NCBI GenBank assembly: GCA_965217585.1
Contig: OZ244561.1
Location: forward strand, 4,544,001-4,608,000
Reading direction: 5' to 3'
DNA length: 64,000 nucleotides
DNA from: Candidatus Latescibacterota bacterium
GTDB taxonomy: Bacteria > Latescibacterota > UBA2968 > UBA8231
Shown: positions 59,526-64,000 of the stretch, one piece after another
How the letters are laid out: each line of letters begins with the position of its first letter
Numbering within the stretch: the stretch's first letter is position 1
Program-made: the position numbers and the translations under genes
The notes under the pieces: generated by a model
What the model was told of the DNA's origin: nothing
The model's input: only the letters and a program-made list of their open reading frames with translations
The model's database searches: none

Positions 59526-60482
59526 TTAGACGATGCGGCTCAAAAGTTCTCGGCCCTCCAACCCGGCCAGCAGGTTGCCCACCGACCGCTCGGCCATGAC
59601 TTGGCGCGTCTGATGAGTCGCGCTGCCTAGGTGGGGTATGATGACGACGTTGTCCAGCGCTAGGAGGGGATGATCGCGGGGCAGGGGTTCGGGTTCGGTT
59701 ACGTCGAGGGCGGCTGCGTGGAGGCCGTTGTTTTGCAGGGTTTCTAACAGTGCGTCGTGATCGACGACGCCTCCGCGCGCGGCGTTGACTAGCACAGCCG
59801 ACTTTTTCATCAGGCCCAGTTCGCGCCGGCCTATCATGCCCCGCGTCTGAGCGGTCAGCGGCATGTTCAAGGTCACAAAATCCGCCTGCTGGAGCAGCTC
59901 GTCCAGCCCGACGTAGCGCGCTCCGAGGTCGGCTTCGGCCTTGGGGTTGCGATGGCGGTTGTGGTACAAGACGGTCATGTCGAAGGCCAGCGCGCGGCGC
60001 GCTACTTGGTAGCCGATGCTGCCCAGCCCGATGATGCCGAGGACTTGGTGGTGTACCTCCTGCCCTAGCATGAAGCTCGGATCGTAGGCCACGAAATCTG
60101 GGCTGCGGGCAAAGCGGTCACCTTGGATGAGGTTGCGCGCCGCGGCCAAGAGGAGGGCGAAGGTCACATCGGCCGTTGCGCCGTCGAGGACGTTGGGCGT
60201 GTTGCCTACGGGGATGCCGCGCTCTTGAGCAGCTTGGAGGTCGATGTGATCAACGCCGACTCCGTAGTTGCTGATGACGCGGAGTTCGGGCATGAGATCC
60301 ATGTATGCGGCGGTGAAGGCGTAGTGGCCGTAGTTGTACACGCCTTCGATGGGGCGGAGGAGTTCGGCTGGGGGCTGCGGGTGCAGCGGATTCCAGCGCA
60401 CGATCTCGGCGCGTTCCTCGATCATGGGGATGATGGTGTAATACGGTTCGATTTCCGAGCGGATTAAGACTTTGTAGGGCAT
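59526..60482 (-). CDS. D-2-hydroxyacid dehydrogenase (glyoxylate reductase-like)
   Basis: GVGVDHID, GLGSIG, NAARG, LDVTEPEP, PHLGSAT. Confidence 0.93.
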   Translation of the reverse strand: MPYKVLIRSEIEPYYTIIPMIEERAEIVRWNPLHPQPPAELLRPIEGVYNYGHYAFTAAYMDLMPELRVISNYGVGVDHIDLQAAQERGIPVGNTPNVLDGATADVTFALLLAAARNLIQGDRFARSPDFVAYDPSFMLGQEVHHQVLGIIGLGSIGYQVARRALAFDMTVLYHNRHRNPKAEADLGARYVGLDELLQQADFVTLNMPLTAQTRGMIGRRELGLMKKSAVLVNAARGGVVDHDALLETLQNNGLHAAALDVTEPEPLPRDHPLLALDNVVIIPHLGSATHQTRQVMAERSVGNLLAGLEGRELLSRIV

Positions 60483-60605
60483 TGTAATTTAGGAAGTAAG
60501 AATTAGGAATTGGGGATTGGATTGTAGGGGAGGGAATATAAAGAAGGCGTCCGTTTCAGCAAGAGACCTTGACGCCTAGGATGGCGTGGGTGACCTTGAG
60601 GCGTC

Positions 60606-61355
60606 ATGCTGATTGCACATCCCAAAGGACACTACCGCTTTCTCCAGGGCATTGACCCCTATTCCTGTGGCGTCGTTGCCGAGCCGGGCTGGGAGATTGT
60701 CCGCGTCGCGCTGGCCGAGCCGCTGCCTTGGCGGGAGGGCTTTGAGCGCGTGGATGCGCATCTGGCGGCGGAAGGGTGCGACCGCGTCGCGCTCTGCGCG
60801 ATGGAACTGCGCTCACCCGCGCCTTTCACCATGCAGGGATTCATCGACTTCAACCGCGAGTACTGCGCCGTCCTGCGGGCGTGGGGTTTGTACGTGGACG
60901 AGCTCAATCCGGTGGCCCGCACTAACGTCGCGCCGGCGTGCGACCCGCCGTCTGTGCCTTCGCTGTATGCCTTTTCCTACGCTATTCCCAATGACCGGAT
61001 CGACCGCAAAACTCTGATCGTGGCTGGGGCTGGCGAATTGCGGGGTGGTCGTCTCGTGGCCGAGGGGATTATTCGCTCCGGTGACACTTCGCCCGCTGCC
61101 ATGCGCGAGAAGGCCGCTTATGTGGCGCAGGTTATGGGCGAGCGGCTCGCGGGTCTCGGCGGGACGTGGGATCTGATCGACGCGGTTGACGTGTACACCA
61201 TCTACCCCTTAGCGGAAATCCTCGAAGAAATTCTCCTGCCGAAGATGGACGCGGCGCGGCGCGGCGGCGTCTGTTGGCACTATGCTCGGCCGCCGGTTGT
61301 GGACATCGACTTTGAGATGGATCTGCACGGCGTGGTGACGCAGCGGATCGTCTGA
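60606..61355 (+). CDS. CnbZ-like (2-amino-5-chloromuconate deaminase-like) protein
   Basis: YSCGV, ELRSPAPFT, NPVARTNV, RPPVVDIDFEMD. Confidence 0.7.
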   Translation: MLIAHPKGHYRFLQGIDPYSCGVVAEPGWEIVRVALAEPLPWREGFERVDAHLAAEGCDRVALCAMELRSPAPFTMQGFIDFNREYCAVLRAWGLYVDELNPVARTNVAPACDPPSVPSLYAFSYAIPNDRIDRKTLIVAGAGELRGGRLVAEGIIRSGDTSPAAMREKAAYVAQVMGERLAGLGGTWDLIDAVDVYTIYPLAEILEEILLPKMDAARRGGVCWHYARPPVVDIDFEMDLHGVVTQRIV

Positions 61356-61428
61356 TTCTCTCTCAGTGGATGTCTTTGGCGCGCACGCCTAAAAAATTCA
61401 TTTTTTTAACGCAACGGACATTTCCTGT

Positions 61429-61466
61429 CCGATTAGAGTTTATCTTTCCGATTAGAGCTTATCTTT
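61429..61466 (+). repeat. 19-bp tandem duplication CCGATTAGAG[T/C]TTATCTTT
   Basis: Two adjacent copies, one mismatch. Confidence 0.8.
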
Positions 61467-61474
61467 ATGACTAT

Positions 61475-61639
61475 CTGACGTTACGCCCAGGCCCGTTAGA
61501 TATGGGATGCTTCGCTTGCGCTCAGCATGACGAGGAAGGAAAGCGCTAGCCTCTGTCATGCTGAGCGGAGCACAGCGGAGTCGCAGCATCTCGATACCTG
61601 CCAATGCGGGCACACTGGCAAGACGATGCGTAACATCAG
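61475..61639. mobile_element. MITE-like element, 165 bp, carrying an inverted pair of GTCATGCTGAGCG-type REP-like units
   Basis: TIRs CTGACGTTACGC / GCGTAACATCAG (11/12); flanks TGACTAT and GGACTAT. Confidence 0.65.
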
Positions 61640-61700
61640 GGACTATATTTGAGGCGGTAACCCCTTTCACTTGGGTACCTAGCCCAAAGGAGTTGACGCT

Positions 61701-62890
61701 ATGAAGGCAATGATCGGCTGTCTCATAGGATTAGTTTTCGGCTGCGATGTCGCAACCAACCTCACGCACGACGCCGGCGACGACTGGTATCCGGCGTGGT
61801 CTCCGGATGGTCAACGCATCGCCTTTGCGTCCAATCGTGATGGGAATGCTGAGCTTTATGTGATGGATGCCGACGGCAGCAATCCAACCAACCTCACACA
61901 CGACGCCGGCCGCGCCCTGCATCCGGCGTGGTCTCCGGATGGTCAACGCATCGCCTTTGTGTCCAGTCGTGATGGGAATGATGAGCTTTATGTGATGGAT
62001 GCCGACGGCAGCAATCCAACCAACCTCACACACGACGCCGGCGACGACTGGCATCCGGCGCGGTCTCCGGATGGTCAACGCATCGCCTTTATGTCCAATC
62101 GTGATGGGAATACTAAGCTTTATGTGATGGATGCCGACGGTAGCAATCTAACTAACTTGAAAACGACAGGTTCCAGTCCTATTGTTTTTATAACTGACTG
62201 CCCAACAATGAGTTATGAAGATAAAATCTTGGAAATGAAAAATCCCGGATTTCAATCAGTATTCTTCTGGTTTCCCTATGAGAAGCGTTCCCAGAATATT
62301 CCGATTTGGGGCAAACCTGTCGTTTTCAAGTAACTAAGCTCACGCACGACGCCGGCGACGACTGGTATCCGGCGTGGTCTCCGGATGGTCAACGCATCGC
62401 CTTTGCGTCCAATCGCGATGGGAATGATGAGATTTATGTGATGGATGCCGATGGCAGCAATCCAACCAACCTCACACACGACGCCGGCGACGACTGGTAT
62501 CTGGCGTGGTCTCCGGATGGTCAACGCATCGCCTTTGTGTCCAAGCGCGATGGGGACGATGAGCTTTATGTGATGGATGCCGATGGCAGCAATCCAACCA
62601 ACCTCACACAAGAGGCCGGCGACGACGGGTATCCGGCGTGGTCTCCGGACGGCCAACGCATCACCTTTGTGTCCGAGCGCGACGGGAATCCTGAGCTTTA
62701 TGTGATGGATGCCGATGGCAGCAACCCAACTAGACTCACACAAGACGCCGGCAGAGACGGGTCTTCGGCGTGGTCTCCGGACGGTCAACGCATCGCCTTT
62801 GTGTCCCGGCGCGATGGGAATGCTGAGATTTATGTGATAGCCGCGGACGGCAGCAGCCTCATTGGAACTACATCGACAGGCAACAACTGA
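61701..62890 (+). pseudogene. TolB/PD40-repeat lipoprotein-like gene interrupted by a MITE
   Basis: PAWSPDGQRIAF 44-aa repeats; removing 62155-62336 gives one 1008-nt open frame. Confidence 0.9.
62155..62331. mobile_element. MITE-like element, 177 bp
   Basis: Perfect 18-bp TIRs ACTTGAAAACGACAGGTT / AACCTGTCGTTTTCAAGT; AACTA duplicated at 62150-62154 and 62332-62336. Confidence 0.93.
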
Positions 62891-63013
62891 TCCACCAGTG
62901 TTTTACCCTCAGCACTCGTCGGCACATGGACGTATGAGAGTTTTGATCTGTCTGGGCTGTTCGATGTCGTCGTAGAGTACTTCATTAGATAGGATTATCC
63001 TGGACTAAGGCGC

Positions 63014-63091
63014 ATGGACTCCCAGTTCAAATGGATCATCACCACCATGCTGGCGATGACAGGCATCCTCATCGCCGTGATAAAACTCTAA
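63014..63091 (+). pseudogene. Probable C-terminal TM-anchor remnant (MDSQFKWIITTMLAMTGILIAVIKL)
   Basis: Resembles the tail of small coiled-coil membrane-anchored proteins; no RBS or N-terminal part. Confidence 0.35.
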
Positions 63092-63144
63092 ACGCCGTCC
63101 CCAACTCGCCTTCGCTGCCCACGCGGACGAAGGCGAGCCGCTTT

Positions 63145-63864
63145 CTAAGGCTGCCAGCGCCAGCCCCGCATCCGCCAATCCACACCAGCCCCGCACAAAG
63201 CCGCCACGTATCCGTCCGCCGGTTCCAAAGCCATCAACTTCCACCGCTCCACCTCGTCCCGCCCCTCGTCCGAGCGCAAAAGCGCCGCCTCTGCTCCCAG
63301 CGACACCGCAAAGGTGCCGAGGCCAGCGGCTATACCGTCGCCCCGCGCCTTGACATAGGCTTCTTTGCGCGTCCAGATGTTGTAAAAAGCCGCTCGCCGC
63401 GCCTCGTCCGGCACCTGCGCCAGCGCCTCCTGCTCCTCCAGCGAAAAGAAGCGCGCGGCGATTTGCTCGTGTGCGACTTGGGGCCGCATCCACTCCACAT
63501 CGACGCCGACCTCGCGGTCGCGCGCTATCGCGTATAGAGCCAGCTCGTGGGTATGGGATACGTTGAAATGCAGCGTCCCCTCTTGCAGGAAAGGCTTGCC
63601 GTGCGCGCCGCGCGAAAAAGCCACCGCGTCGGGAGCTTGACCGAGATACCGACCCAAGAGCTGGCGCAGCATCCCCCGCGCTACCACAAAGCGCCGCTGA
63701 TGGGTGCCGGTGAGCAAACCGCTCGCCCGCTCGCGCTCGTCCGCGCTGAGACAAGCCGCGAGCGCGGCCACCTCACCGGCCGCGTCCAACTCGACGCACC
63801 AGACGTGGATTTCATCGTCGCTGAGTGGAGGCCAGTTCGACGGGGTTTCCCAAGCAATAGTCAT
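63145..63864 (-). CDS. Sfp-type 4'-phosphopantetheinyl transferase
   Basis: GKP, FNVSHT, VGVDVE, WTRKEAYVKARG. Confidence 0.93.
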   Translation of the reverse strand: MTIAWETPSNWPPLSDDEIHVWCVELDAAGEVAALAACLSADERERASGLLTGTHQRRFVVARGMLRQLLGRYLGQAPDAVAFSRGAHGKPFLQEGTLHFNVSHTHELALYAIARDREVGVDVEWMRPQVAHEQIAARFFSLEEQEALAQVPDEARRAAFYNIWTRKEAYVKARGDGIAAGLGTFAVSLGAEAALLRSDEGRDEVERWKLMALEPADGYVAALCGAGVDWRMRGWRWQP

Positions 63865-63962
63865 CAAAGGTTCACTTGACGCCGCAGGTTATCGCATTCA
63901 GATTAAAACGAATTAGAAATTCTGAAAACACTTAATCCATATATATAAATAAGGAGTGCCTC

Positions 63963-64000
63963 ATGGCTGCCTTTTCCAGCAAAGATTATCCCAACTACAC
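63963..64000 (+). CDS. Start of a CDS running off the window (MAAFSSKDYPNY...)
   Basis: AAGGAG RBS and AT-rich upstream region; too short to assign a product. Confidence 0.5.
   Translation, partial: MAAFSSKDYPNY

Noticed and set aside
61755-62850. 132-bp repeats as a non-coding array
   Set aside because: They are PD40/TolB coding repeats
63005-63011. CTAAGGC matching the PPTase stop region
   Set aside because: 7 bp is too short to count as a 3'-end duplication

Overview
64-kb, mostly GC-rich bacterial window. The gene content (several sulfatases, PhyH dioxygenases and aldo/keto reductases, internalin-type LRR, NHL and TolB repeat proteins, NYPNPFN/FlgD-Ig secretion-type domains) resembles Latescibacterota/Gemmatimonadota-like, possibly sponge-associated, bacteria; this is inference only. 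Housekeeping genes (glnD, msrA, trxB, rsmA, kduD, a phosphohexomutase) are interleaved with short, visibly more AT-rich accessory blocks. These include an IS5-disrupted hsdS remnant, a 1471-aa REase-STAND (Avs-like) gene, PIN/HEPN/Fic genes and several TA modules. Main observations: (1) at four separate loci, accessory cargo sits directly behind a host gene's stop codon and is followed by a degenerate copy of that gene's own 3' end, in tandem at two loci, with no integrase in the window; (2) a secreted thioredoxin-fold selenoprotein (UxxC, in-frame TGA plus SECIS-like hairpin) that the ORF track splits in two, clustered with a TlpA redoxin and an outer-membrane protein ending in CxxxxC; (3) one IS5 and four different MITE-like elements with readable TIRs/TSDs, one splitting a TolB-repeat gene and one duplicating a ribosome-binding site. 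All product calls come from motif recognition by eye; no database searches were run.
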